Source of the DNA: an uncultured Gammaproteobacteria bacterium
Lineage (GTDB): Bacteria; Pseudomonadota; Gammaproteobacteria; JAURND01
Assembly: GCA_963714975.1 (NCBI GenBank)
Contig: CAVQQD010000001.1
Location: 224,001 to 288,000 of the forward strand
Direction of reading: 5' to 3'
DNA length: 64,000 bases
Position numbers and translations under genes: made by a program. The notes under the pieces are model-generated. The model was not told the origin of the DNA. It saw nothing but the letters and a program-made list of their open reading frames with translations, and ran no database searches. Below are positions 10,193-19,146 of this stretch, in pieces. Positions within the stretch are counted from its first letter, which is position 1, and every line of letters starts with the position of its first letter.

Positions 10193-10312
10193 AAAGCTAA
10201 TTAAGCATAATCGAGTTTACCCGTTTGTCAAAGTCTTATTGACAAAATAGGAGGATAAGATTAGGGTTACTGGCATTAGTAGAGGAAGGAACCATGCTAA
10301 AAGGAACGCAAA

Positions 10313-12124
10313 ATGGATGATATGGAATTACTTTCTTCAGTAAAAGCTTGTGATCTGTTTGCTCATTTAACCGATGAAAAAATTTTTTCTATCCTACCTT
10401 TTTTTAAAAAAATCAGCCTCCTCGAAAGTGAAGTTTTATTTCAACAAGGCACAGAACCCGACGGTTTTTATGTGCTTGTTTCTGGTAAGCTAGTAAGCTC
10501 TTTAGAAACTCCCACAGCGGGAAAGAAAATTATTGGTATGGCTTACCCTGGTGAAACCATAGGCGAATTAGGGGTGATTTCCGGAGAACCGCGCAGCTTG
10601 ACGGTTTCAGCATTGACCGACTCTGAGCTATGGAAACTTTCCGCTGAAGCTTTTTTTCGGATTACCACAGAAAATCCAGATATTTCATCGCAAATAATGC
10701 AGGTTATCACCAAAAGATCCCTGAAAACTCTTAAATTAATTGCTAGTACTAATAAAGCAAAATTCCTAGTATTTTTCAAAGGAAACGAACTGATACCTAT
10801 AGAACAGTTAAAGGAATTTATTCAAACGCAATCCGCTGAAAAGAAAATTGAATTTTGGGATGAAGAATCTTTATCGGCAGAGAAAGTAAGCCGAGTTATT
10901 GAAAGTTCAAGCTATGATGACTATATCATCGTTACTTTAATTACCAATATTAATGCGTTGGTTTTTCAATTAATAGAAAAACAATCCCTCTACTTTTACC
11001 TAATAATACAAAACAACTTGCCAATTACCTTAACTACTCAAATTCAACAAATTTTAAATTATGCCCGAAAAAATAACATTAGAGTAGAACTCATAATATT
11101 GCGAGACAATTTTCAACCAACAGAGCTAAGCACTGAAAAATGGTTGAATCTAGCAGATTTTTGGTTTTATCATAACTTGAACATCCATGACACTACTAGC
11201 TTACAACGTTTTTGGCGCTTTATCCTTGGAAAACCCAACGCCTTAGTTCTTGGTGGCGGAGGAGTAAGAGGATATTGCCATTTTGGCGTCATCAAAGCGT
11301 TGCTAGAACATAATATTCCTATTGATATTATTGGCGGAACTAGTGTTGGCGCTATTGTGGGAGGCCTTTATGCTTTTACCTTGGATTACGCCAAAGCATT
11401 AGAGATTTTTAGCCAAGGAACCGACCTTATCGCAAGCACAGTCTCATTTAAAAATATTACTTTACCTTTAGTGTCTATTTTTAGCGGCAATCCTTTAAAC
11501 GATTTTAACCGAGAAATATTTGGTTCAACCCGAATTGAAAATTTATCCTTGCCATTTTTTTGTGTCTCTGCAAATCTTTCTTCTAAAAGTGAGTATATGC
11601 ATAAATCAGGTTTGCTTTGGCAGGCTGTGCGCAGTAGCTCCTCCATTCCTGGTTTATGGCCACCCGTGCTGCTTAACGGCGATGTACATTTCGATGGTGG
11701 CTTGTTGAATCAACTGCCAGTGGATGCCATGCGTGCATTGCTAGGCCCCAATGCAAAAATTATTGCCTCTCAAGCTTCCGTCACTAAACAGGATTATATC
11801 TATTACAATTTCCCTTCCACAATTAGTTTAAAAGAGGCGTTGCTATATAAGCTAGGATTTAAAAAAAATCAGTATAACTACCCTCCTTTCTTAGAAATTT
11901 TTTTATCAGCCATATTTTTGGGAGCTTCACATGTCGAAGAAAAAAATAGTGCTTTGTGCGATATTCATATTAAGCCCGATCTTACCGATTTTGGTAGATT
12001 TAAGTTAAATCCTGGGCAGGCAGAGCAATTAATTAATATTGGCTACGAATACACAAACAAGTTTTTGCAGAATAAAGAGGAATTATTTAGCAAAAACCAC
12101 CAGGGTTTGTTTACAATTCGCTAG
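10313..12124 (+). CDS. Cyclic-nucleotide-binding patatin-like phospholipase (NTE/RssA-like)
   Basis: N-terminal CNB cassette GETIGELGVISGEPRSLTV; patatin motifs GGGGVRG, GTSVG, DGG all intact. Confidence 0.92.
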   Translation: MDDMELLSSVKACDLFAHLTDEKIFSILPFFKKISLLESEVLFQQGTEPDGFYVLVSGKLVSSLETPTAGKKIIGMAYPGETIGELGVISGEPRSLTVSALTDSELWKLSAEAFFRITTENPDISSQIMQVITKRSLKTLKLIASTNKAKFLVFFKGNELIPIEQLKEFIQTQSAEKKIEFWDEESLSAEKVSRVIESSSYDDYIIVTLITNINALVFQLIEKQSLYFYLIIQNNLPITLTTQIQQILNYARKNNIRVELIILRDNFQPTELSTEKWLNLADFWFYHNLNIHDTTSLQRFWRFILGKPNALVLGGGGVRGYCHFGVIKALLEHNIPIDIIGGTSVGAIVGGLYAFTLDYAKALEIFSQGTDLIASTVSFKNITLPLVSIFSGNPLNDFNREIFGSTRIENLSLPFFCVSANLSSKSEYMHKSGLLWQAVRSSSSIPGLWPPVLLNGDVHFDGGLLNQLPVDAMRALLGPNAKIIASQASVTKQDYIYYNFPSTISLKEALLYKLGFKKNQYNYPPFLEIFLSAIFLGASHVEEKNSALCDIHIKPDLTDFGRFKLNPGQAEQLINIGYEYTNKFLQNKEELFSKNHQGLFTIR

Positions 12125-12221
12125 GCTTGAGCAGAAATCATTGAATTCTGAGCACCGTAGCGCAGTTTACGTGGGTGTAAATGAGCAACGGAGCACAAGA
12201 AATCAATGATTTATGCCAAGC
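12125..12221. repeat. Imperfect ~97-bp palindromic element between convergent genes
   Basis: gcttgagcagaaatcattgaattct ... agaaatcaatgatttatgccaagc arms with inner gtttac..gtaaat hairpin. Confidence 0.65.
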
Positions 12222-12243
12222 ATAGTAGAATTGTAAATAAACC

Positions 12244-13011
12244 CTAAAATGTAAACTCCTGACCACGCCTAACAAATCCCAAAAAACCATAAGCTTTGGC
12301 ATCTGGTAAATCAGCGGCATCATAGTGATATAACCACATTTTAGATTTTATGTCCGAATCTAAGGTGATTAATTGGTCAAAATGAGCATGAAGCCCACTG
12401 GCAGGCGTGGTTAATTCGCAATCTTGAAAAATAATATCCACAGTACGGTAAAAATCAATTAGCTGCTTAGGAGCAAGTTGGGTATCCGTCGTGATAAAAA
12501 TTTTAGTCTGTTTAATATTAAAAATTAACCCATGGCTGGATATTAAAGAATAACCGGACATGGCATGAATGGTTTGTACAGTTTGAAAACTAATATTCTG
12601 CCATTGGAAGATGCCGTTTTTAGATATTGCATGCAGATTAAAAAAACTGCTTAATGAGGCTTGTTCTATCTGCAATGTACTCAAGCCTGCTGAAAGGGCT
12701 TTTTCCCATAAGTCATTAACTAATTCAGAGCTAATATATAAATTGGGTTTTTTGCAGTTAACATCAAACTTAGTGCTAAATGCTAGCCATTCGAGACCGC
12801 CGATATGATCCGCGTGTAAATGACTAATATAAACATCAGTAATATCGCGGTAAGAATAATGCAATCTAGCTAAGGCATGTCGGGCATCAGAGCCGCAGTC
12901 AATCAGCAATTTCTCCGGTATGTTTTCATCCAAAAGTAACATATTGGACTGATAGTTATCATTGAGCGTGAAGGCTGAGCCTGAACCAATGAAGATGAGT
13001 TTCATGTCCAA
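12244..13011 (-). CDS. MBL-fold metallo-hydrolase, Apyc1/RNase Z-like; probable cyclic-nucleotide phosphodiesterase
   Basis: GSGSAF, LLIDCG, SHLHADHIGGLE (HxHxDH), IFQDCE, C-terminal WLYHY. Confidence 0.8.
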   Translation of the reverse strand: MDMKLIFIGSGSAFTLNDNYQSNMLLLDENIPEKLLIDCGSDARHALARLHYSYRDITDVYISHLHADHIGGLEWLAFSTKFDVNCKKPNLYISSELVNDLWEKALSAGLSTLQIEQASLSSFFNLHAISKNGIFQWQNISFQTVQTIHAMSGYSLISSHGLIFNIKQTKIFITTDTQLAPKQLIDFYRTVDIIFQDCELTTPASGLHAHFDQLITLDSDIKSKMWLYHYDAADLPDAKAYGFLGFVRRGQEFTF

Positions 13012-13036
13012 TCCTATAGTTAGTATCGCCGGTGAC

Positions 13037-13603
13037 TCACCGCACTAAAATTTCAATTCGGCGATTAGCGGCACTACCATCAACAGTTTTGTTACTGGCT
13101 ACAGGTTCAGTGTCGCCACAACCAATGATCTTGATGTTTCCTAAAAGGATGCCCTGAGACCATAAATAGGCCGCGATAGTATTAGCTTGCTGATAAGATC
13201 TGGCAAATTTCGAACGGTCTGACCCCACTTCATCAGTATGTCCAACCACAATAACTCGATGATAACCATGCAGCCGAATTAAAGCAGCAATACCATCTAG
13301 GGTCATCACACGATGCTGGGCAATTAGCAGCGAACTGCGGTATCGGAAAAATCGATCTACACCGATGATGATATCCAATTGATCACCCCGCATATTTATT
13401 TCCACTCCATCAGCCTCAAGTTTGGCGATAAGATCACGCAGGTACATTCTAGGGGTATAGCAACCATTTCCCTTACAGACGGTTTTAGGTAGGCAAAAGC
13501 CATTAAGACAAGGCGCGGTTACAACTAGCGGGTCTGAGGCAAGTGTGGGAAGAGCTAAACCCAGCAAGCAAAAAACGCTCATTACTTTAAGCAACCGGCG
13601 CAT
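13037..13603 (-). CDS. Secreted OmpA-C-domain peptidoglycan-binding protein
   Basis: Signal-peptide-like N-terminus; VVGHTDEVG and NRRIEI motifs. Confidence 0.85.
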   Translation of the reverse strand: MRRLLKVMSVFCLLGLALPTLASDPLVVTAPCLNGFCLPKTVCKGNGCYTPRMYLRDLIAKLEADGVEINMRGDQLDIIIGVDRFFRYRSSLLIAQHRVMTLDGIAALIRLHGYHRVIVVGHTDEVGSDRSKFARSYQQANTIAAYLWSQGILLGNIKIIGCGDTEPVASNKTVDGSAANRRIEILVR

Positions 13604-13626
13604 ATTCCTATCCCTCTTTACCCTAT

Positions 13627-13653
13627 AAAAAAGGCGCCTTCTTGACGCCTTTT
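13627..13653 (-). terminator. Intrinsic terminator downstream of cold-shock gene
   Basis: Minus strand AAAAGGCGTC-AAGAA-GGCGCCTTTTTT hairpin with U-tract. Confidence 0.7.
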
Positions 13654-13670
13654 GGTACTACAAAATTTGA

Positions 13671-13889
13671 TTAATCGTCAGCGGGAGTTACCTCTTCTGC
13701 TTGCCAACCCTTTGGCCCTCGCACTGCTTTAAATGTAACCTTTTGACCGTCTGTTAAAGAACGATGGCCCTGTCCTTGAATTTGGCTAAAGTGGACAAAC
13801 ACATCATCGCCACTAGCACGCGCAATAAAACCAAAACCTTTGGCATTGTTAAACCACTTAACAGTACCCGTTTCACGAACATCTGACAT
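13671..13889 (-). CDS. csp: Cold-shock protein (CspA family)
   Basis: [15 protein letters not shown] and DVFVHFS RNP motifs; ATG at 13889 with GAGG RBS. Confidence 0.95.
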   Translation of the reverse strand: MSDVRETGTVKWFNNAKGFGFIARASGDDVFVHFSQIQGQGHRSLTDGQKVTFKAVRGPKGWQAEEVTPADD

Positions 13890-14050
13890 AAAAAAACCTC
13901 TTAAAAAATAAAAATTCAAACCTTGCGCTTTAGCCAAAAACCACAGAAAATAGCAGCTTCTTTAAAACGCGTAAGTGGGCAAAAGCCATACAGCCCCTTC
14001 CCACCGGTAGCATTATCCTACATTTTCATGGGATTTGTCCAGCAAAAATT

Positions 14051-14866
14051 ATGCATACATCAACTATTGGCGTTTTTGATTCAGGGGTAGGAGGCCTTAC
14101 CGCCCTAAGTAAGCTAGTGGAGCTGCTTCCTTCCTGCAATTTACTTTACCTAGGAGATACGGCGCGTGTGCCATACGGCAATCGCTCGCCCCTGACCATT
14201 GAGTACTATGCCAGGGAGTGCGTGGAATTTCTCTTAAAGCAATCAGTAGAATTGATATTAGTGGCCTGTAATACTATTTCGTCCGTGGCATTGCCGAAAA
14301 TCGAGCAAATATCTTCAGTCCCCGTGGTGGGAGTAATAGACCCAGCCGCTGCAGCCGCCTTAAAATATAGTGATCAGGGCGCAATCGGTATTATTGGTAC
14401 CAGAGCTACGATTACAGCCCAAGCCTATGAACAAGCTATACGTCGGCTAGCAGGACCTGAACGCCGCTTGGCGCTCTATTCTCAAGCTTGCCCCTTGTTT
14501 GTGCCACTGGTGGAAGAAGGCTTCCAGGATCATGCGGCAACTTATGCTATTGCTAAAGAATACTTGCTCCCCTTGCAACAAACCAACATTCAATCATTAA
14601 TTTTAGGGTGCACGCATTATCCTTTACTAAAAAAGGTCATTAGCGATATTATGCCGGAGGTACGTTTGATTGATTCAGGAGAGGAGGCGGCTTTACAAAT
14701 TGTGCAAAAACTTGCGGGAATCGCTGCGGGACAAGAAACATTAGTTGCAGGAAAACGCTCGATTGAGTGTTATGTCACCGATGTAACCCCAACCTTTCTG
14801 CGCCTAGCTCAGCATTTCCTCGGAGTGGCGCCTGATAAGGTGCACCAGGTGTCGATTTCCCAATAA
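14051..14866 (+). CDS. murI: Glutamate racemase
   Basis: FDSGVGGL, PYG, ACNT, LGCTHYP. Confidence 0.96.
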   Translation: MHTSTIGVFDSGVGGLTALSKLVELLPSCNLLYLGDTARVPYGNRSPLTIEYYARECVEFLLKQSVELILVACNTISSVALPKIEQISSVPVVGVIDPAAAAALKYSDQGAIGIIGTRATITAQAYEQAIRRLAGPERRLALYSQACPLFVPLVEEGFQDHAATYAIAKEYLLPLQQTNIQSLILGCTHYPLLKKVISDIMPEVRLIDSGEEAALQIVQKLAGIAAGQETLVAGKRSIECYVTDVTPTFLRLAQHFLGVAPDKVHQVSISQ

Positions 14867-14917
14867 ATTCGTTTTCCCCTTGTGGGAGCAGGAAAACAGT
14901 TGCTATGAGAGTGACGC

Positions 14918-15553
14918 ATGAAAGAAAAATTCATTGAGTTTGCCCTGGAAAATAAAGCCCTGCTTTTTGGTGAGTATAAGTTAAATAGCGGTCGAGTGAG
15001 CCCGTATTTTTTTAATGCCGGTTGTTTTAACACTGGAGCGGCGGTAGCGCGCCTCGGGCAGTTTTATGCCGATACCATTGCAAAATCTGGCCTGGCATTT
15101 GATATTCTATTCGGCCCTGCTTACAAGGGCATCACCTTGGTAACCAGTGTTGCCATTGCCCTAGCGGAACATTTTGGCATTAATAAACCCTACTGTTTTA
15201 ATCGCAAAGAGCCCAAGGACCATGGCGAAGGTGGGCTTATGGTCGGCGCACCGCTGCAAGGTCGAGTGCTGATTATTGATGACGTGGTGAGTACCGGACT
15301 CACCATGCAGAAAACCATGGATCTCATTCATAATGCAGGCGCCACGGTAGTAGGCCTGATTATTTCATTGGATCGACAAGAACGAGGCTTGAATCATCTT
15401 TCAGCCGTGCAAGAAGTCAAAAAAAAATATCAAATTCCTGTAATTAATGTGATAGACTTACAAAACTTGATGGATTATTTACAGGGCCAGGGATCTTTCC
15501 AGCAATTAGAGCTAATGCAAAATTATCAGAATCAGTATGGGGTTAATGTTTAA
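14918..15553 (+). CDS. pyrE: Orotate phosphoribosyltransferase
   Basis: SGRVSPYFFNAG, FGPAYKGI, NRKEPKDHGEGG, IIDDVVSTG. Confidence 0.96.
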   Translation: MKEKFIEFALENKALLFGEYKLNSGRVSPYFFNAGCFNTGAAVARLGQFYADTIAKSGLAFDILFGPAYKGITLVTSVAIALAEHFGINKPYCFNRKEPKDHGEGGLMVGAPLQGRVLIIDDVVSTGLTMQKTMDLIHNAGATVVGLIISLDRQERGLNHLSAVQEVKKKYQIPVINVIDLQNLMDYLQGQGSFQQLELMQNYQNQYGVNV

Positions 15554-15559
15554 GCAATA

Positions 15560-15764
15560 TAACTATTCACCACCTTTGTGCGTAAAAATCCTTCTCCCCT
15601 TGTGGGAGAAGGTGCCCGAAAGGGCGGATGAGGGGTAAACTTGAAACCATCAAGAAGCATTTTATTAGCTAAATGCTAACTGTTGCTTACCCCTCACCCG
15701 CGCACCTTACGGCGCGGCGGCCTCTCCCACAAGGGGAGAGAGGCAAAATCGTGGTGAATAGCTA
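15560..15764. mobile_element. ~205-bp MITE/REPIN-like element, family A copy 1
   Basis: TIR taactattcaccac...gtggtgaatagcta enclosing two inverted REP units (ccttctccccttgtgggagaagg..gagggg / cccctc..cctctcccacaaggggagag); near-identical to 16257-16462. Confidence 0.8.
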
Positions 15765-15800
15765 CATAAGTAATTACTATTAATTTAGAGGATTAATATT

Positions 15801-16232
15801 ATGTCAGCACAACCAATAAACCGCAGAGATCCAAATCGTTGGAATGAAGGTCTAACAGCCGCGCAAGAAAAACATATCAAGGCGATGGCCAATCAACCCG
15901 GGATGGGTAGCGCCGTGGGATCTCTATTGCTACTGTTAGGAGGTGGCGCCGCGAGTGCTACTGGAGGAGGAGCAGCACCAGTCTTGCCAAGAACAACAGA
16001 GTTAACTCTAGAAGTTGTTGGAGCAGCATGTGCAGTATTAGGACTCATATGGGCCCTCTGTGCTTACTATAAGCTTCGACGTGCTGAGGCAGCCGAACAC
16101 TTTTTTCTACCAGGCCATAACAATAGAATAGATCAACAAGGTAATCAAATTAACATTACACAAGCGGTGGAGGGTTATGAAAAGGCCCAAAAGGCCACAA
16201 GCTGCTGGACGGGGGAATCTGCCCATCCATAG
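15801..16232 (+). CDS. Small hypothetical membrane protein, paralog A
   Basis: GAGG RBS, two hydrophobic segments, motif similarity to 16504 and 17023 ORFs. Confidence 0.7.
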   Translation: MSAQPINRRDPNRWNEGLTAAQEKHIKAMANQPGMGSAVGSLLLLLGGGAASATGGGAAPVLPRTTELTLEVVGAACAVLGLIWALCAYYKLRRAEAAEHFFLPGHNNRIDQQGNQINITQAVEGYEKAQKATSCWTGESAHP

Positions 16233-16256
16233 GTGGCAATTAGGTGGGGAAAATTG

Positions 16257-16462
16257 TAATCATTCACACCACCTTTGTGTGCAAAAATCCTTCTCCCCTT
16301 GTGGGAGAAGGTGCCCGAAAGGGCGGATGAGGGGTAAGCTTGAAAACAGCAAGAAGCATTTTATTAGCTAAATGCTAACCGTTGCTTACCCCTCACCCGC
16401 GCGCCTTACGGCGCGGCGGCCTCTCCCACAAGGGGGAGAGGCAAAGTCGTGGTGAATAGTTA
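16257..16462. mobile_element. ~205-bp MITE/REPIN-like element, family A copy 2
   Basis: Direct repeat of 15560-15764 with few substitutions. Confidence 0.8.
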
Positions 16463-16503
16463 CGGAAAATTTTTTTATACGCACAATAATTAAGAGGCAC
16501 ATA

Positions 16504-16926
16504 ATGTCAAACAACAAAAAGGAGCAGGTGAAGACGTGGAATACAAACATAACTGAAGAGCAACGGCGTCACGTCATGGACATAGTCCATAGTCCCGGCT
16601 TGGGCACTGTCCTAGAAGTTGGAATTCTGGTTACAGCGGGCAGCCTTTTGATTGACGACGCGCGAGGGCGTGGACCCTTCAACATCGCTGAGCATATTCC
16701 TCCTAATTTATATGAGATTGACACACGGACGATGGAGTACGCTGCCGGAGGAATGCTTTTGGTATTAGGCGTCCTGCTTGCTTTATGGGCTGGTTATAAA
16801 TATGGGGATGCCAGCTTAAAATATGATGCGGTGAAAAAGCAATTAGAGGACGGCGGAGAGACTAACATTAAGGATGAGTTAAGAATATATAAGGAATTTG
16901 CGACCACACCCTGGTGCTGTTGTTAA
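16504..16926 (+). CDS. Small hypothetical membrane protein, paralog B (ends WCCC)
   Basis: GAGG RBS; AGSLL and GGMLLVLG hydrophobic segments shared with 17023 ORF. Confidence 0.7.
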   Translation: MSNNKKEQVKTWNTNITEEQRRHVMDIVHSPGLGTVLEVGILVTAGSLLIDDARGRGPFNIAEHIPPNLYEIDTRTMEYAAGGMLLVLGVLLALWAGYKYGDASLKYDAVKKQLEDGGETNIKDELRIYKEFATTPWCCC

Positions 16927-16991
16927 GCTGCGATTTTGCCTCCCGGGGTAAGGGGAGAAGGATTTTTACGCACAAGGAGGGTGGATGATTA
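16927..16991 (-). repeat. Inverted, internally deleted family A element
   Basis: Reverse complement contains tgtgcgtaaaaatccttctcccctt and gaggcaaaatcg, i.e. both ends of the 15560 element fused. Confidence 0.65.
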
Positions 16992-17022
16992 TATATTTTT
17001 AAGATAACAAGAGGATTTAGCT

Positions 17023-17496
17023 ATGAGTAGCCAGCGCCAGTATCGCCAACAACCCGATGATCTATATGATCACTACAAAAATGCAGACCGTTGGAAAATC
17101 AACCTTAATGCGTCTAAACGAGATGCTTTTGCAGCTATAGCTGATAAGCCCACCAAGGGTACTGGCATCTATATTTTGGCTTTCTTTGCAGCAGGTAGTC
17201 TGTTAATTGCTGACGGAAAGTTAGATTTAAGCACCCTGGGGTTACCCGTCAGCACTCATACGTGGTTAGAGCCCAGGACAGAAATAGTAGACTACTCCGT
17301 GGGAGGAATGCTGCTCTTAATAGGCCTCTTGGCAGCTGGATATGCCTGGTTGAGGCAAAGAGCAGGTAATGCAAGTTATCAATCTTTGACGGAAAACCGA
17401 GATAACAATCAGCCCATGCAAGCAGCAGAAGTTGCGGCCAGGCTAGAGGGTTATAAAGCTTCACAAAAATGCGCTTGCTTTGGTGGAGGGGACTAA
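17023..17496 (+). CDS. Small hypothetical membrane protein, paralog C
   Basis: GAGG RBS; AAGSLLI and GGMLLLIG segments; C-terminal EGYK..QKCAC similar to paralog A EGYEKAQK..SC. Confidence 0.7.
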   Translation: MSSQRQYRQQPDDLYDHYKNADRWKINLNASKRDAFAAIADKPTKGTGIYILAFFAAGSLLIADGKLDLSTLGLPVSTHTWLEPRTEIVDYSVGGMLLLIGLLAAGYAWLRQRAGNASYQSLTENRDNNQPMQAAEVAARLEGYKASQKCACFGGGD

Positions 17497-17523
17497 GTGC
17501 AAAGGGACCGCTTGAACTAGCAT

Positions 17524-17672
17524 CCCCTCTCCCTAACCCTCTCCCACCAACAAAAACGATTGGGGGAGAGGGGACTTAAGGCGGGGATGGTGTTTCAAAA
17601 CACTGAAAGCCATTTCAAACACCCTCATCCGGCCTACGGCCACCTTCTCCCACAAGGGGAGAAGGAATAATG
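17524..17672. repeat. Pair of REP-like hairpins between paralog C and pyrF
   Basis: cccctctccctaaccctctccc...gggagagggg and ccctcatcc..ccttctcccacaaggggagaagg (reverse copy of the unit at ~19300-19352). Confidence 0.7.
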
Positions 17673-17680
17673 TCGTAGGT

Positions 17681-18451
17681 TTATAGGAGCTGCTGATAAG
17701 CTGCCCACCCCGCTTCCTGATATTCCTTGGCGGCTGCTTGCGGATTGGCGGCTGCATAAATCCCGCGCCCCACAATCATCACGTCGCATCCACGTCGCAA
17801 AATGGCTTCTTCTGGCGTAGTGTATTGCTGGCCTAACGGGTCGCCTTCTTGCGACAAATGAATGCCTGGCATGAAATGAATAAAGAAGGGGTCTGGGGTC
17901 AGCCGATGTTGGGCAATAAAACCAATCACAAATTCGGGATAAGCTTTAGCCATTTCCACCACCGCAGTAGTATAGTCTGCAGTAATTAAATTCCCCTGCG
18001 AACTCATTTCTGCTAGCAACAACAACGCATTTCCCTTGCTAAGACCGACCGATTGCAAGCCCTCAATAATGCCGGGGCCTGGTAGGGGATGCGCATTGGT
18101 AATTGTGGCCCACTCGGCAATTTGATACAGGCCTGCTGCATATTGCAATCTTACGGTATTGCCAATATCCGCAAACTTCCGATCCTCAAAAATTAAAAAT
18201 TGCTGATCATGCGCCAATTGCTTCAATTCAGTGATGAAACGAAAATCAAAATTCTCCACGATATCGATATGGGTCTTCAGGACACAAATATGCGGGCCAA
18301 TTTGCCGAACCAATGCGAGCAGGGAGGCTTTATCTAGCAAATCCGCCGAAACAGCCAAGTTGGATTTTTTGGTTTCGATGAGCTGCAACAGCTTTTGTGC
18401 TGTTGGGTTGGTGTGCAGGGAAGCTCGTTGAGTATAAGTCAACAAGCTCAT
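17681..18451 (-). CDS. pyrF: Orotidine 5'-phosphate decarboxylase (UMP-synthase/eukaryote-like subtype)
   Basis: LAVSAD, LKTHID, FEDRKFADIGNTV, LGQQY, IVGRGIY. Confidence 0.95.
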   Translation of the reverse strand: MSLLTYTQRASLHTNPTAQKLLQLIETKKSNLAVSADLLDKASLLALVRQIGPHICVLKTHIDIVENFDFRFITELKQLAHDQQFLIFEDRKFADIGNTVRLQYAAGLYQIAEWATITNAHPLPGPGIIEGLQSVGLSKGNALLLLAEMSSQGNLITADYTTAVVEMAKAYPEFVIGFIAQHRLTPDPFFIHFMPGIHLSQEGDPLGQQYTTPEEAILRRGCDVMIVGRGIYAAANPQAAAKEYQEAGWAAYQQLL

Positions 18452-19146
18452 GTAGGGTTTTCCTGCGCCACATCATGACGACGATGCCAAATAACCGGGG
18501 CAGCGCTAATTAATTCTTGATCATAAAGTGTTGAGTTAGCTACGTTAGTATCTGGATTAATGCAGATTAAATTGTAGAGCCCGCTTTTAGTCCCTGGCTT
18601 AACACGACGAAAGAGAATTTCATTATGTGAAGTTTCAATAATACAATCCTTCCCTACTAATGCCGCAATATCAGCCCCACGGCGACGTTTGCCGGCCACT
18701 AAATCGTTTGGACTGAAGTAAGGTTTCATCCCATCGTCACGGATAATATAGTCAATCGCATTGGGATGTAAGTCGCGGAAGTGTAACAATTCTTGGATGA
18801 TTGTTTTGTCTTCTGGCGCTCCGACTGGCATAGTCGTTGCAGTGGTCCTTGGTATGGATGTCGTTCCTCCTTTGGGTTGCGGCGGAGTACCTATGCCATA
18901 CAGCAGCCAATCTATGGGGCAAATAATTCCTTCTTGGCTGAGAATAGGCGCAATGCGTTGCGCGCCGCGTTCCGTCAAGCCACCTGCTTTGGCTGCCTCC
19001 CAAGATTGAATGGTGCTCGCACTAATCCCATATTTGTCTTCCAAGCCATTCCGAGTGAGCTCAGCCATCATGCGAGCTGTTTTAAGACGCTTCCCTCGAG
19101 CAGAAGGACTGGATTTAGGGTCGTTATTGGTAGTTTTGTTTACCAT
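18448..19146 (-). CDS. XRE-family HTH regulator with S24-like C-terminal domain
   Basis: RGKRLKTARM...ISASTIQSWE...WLLYG HTH; DDGMKPYFSPND resembles the GDSMxP..GD S24 fold. Confidence 0.75.
   Translation of the reverse strand: MVNKTTNNDPKSSPSARGKRLKTARMMAELTRNGLEDKYGISASTIQSWEAAKAGGLTERGAQRIAPILSQEGIICPIDWLLYGIGTPPQPKGGTTSIPRTTATTMPVGAPEDKTIIQELLHFRDLHPNAIDYIIRDDGMKPYFSPNDLVAGKRRRGADIAALVGKDCIIETSHNEILFRRVKPGTKSGLYNLICINPDTNVANSTLYDQELISAAPVIWHRRHDVAQENPT

Noticed and set aside
7385-12124. Canonical Pycsar/CBASS operon
   Set aside because: The cyclase is REC-fused with adenine-type residues, there is no CD-NTase, and cyclase and effector are separated by an oppositely oriented kinase
15560-17672. 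True integron with attC sites
   Set aside because: No integrase in the window and no clear RYYYAAC/GTTRRRY core sites; the same repeats occur dispersed elsewhere
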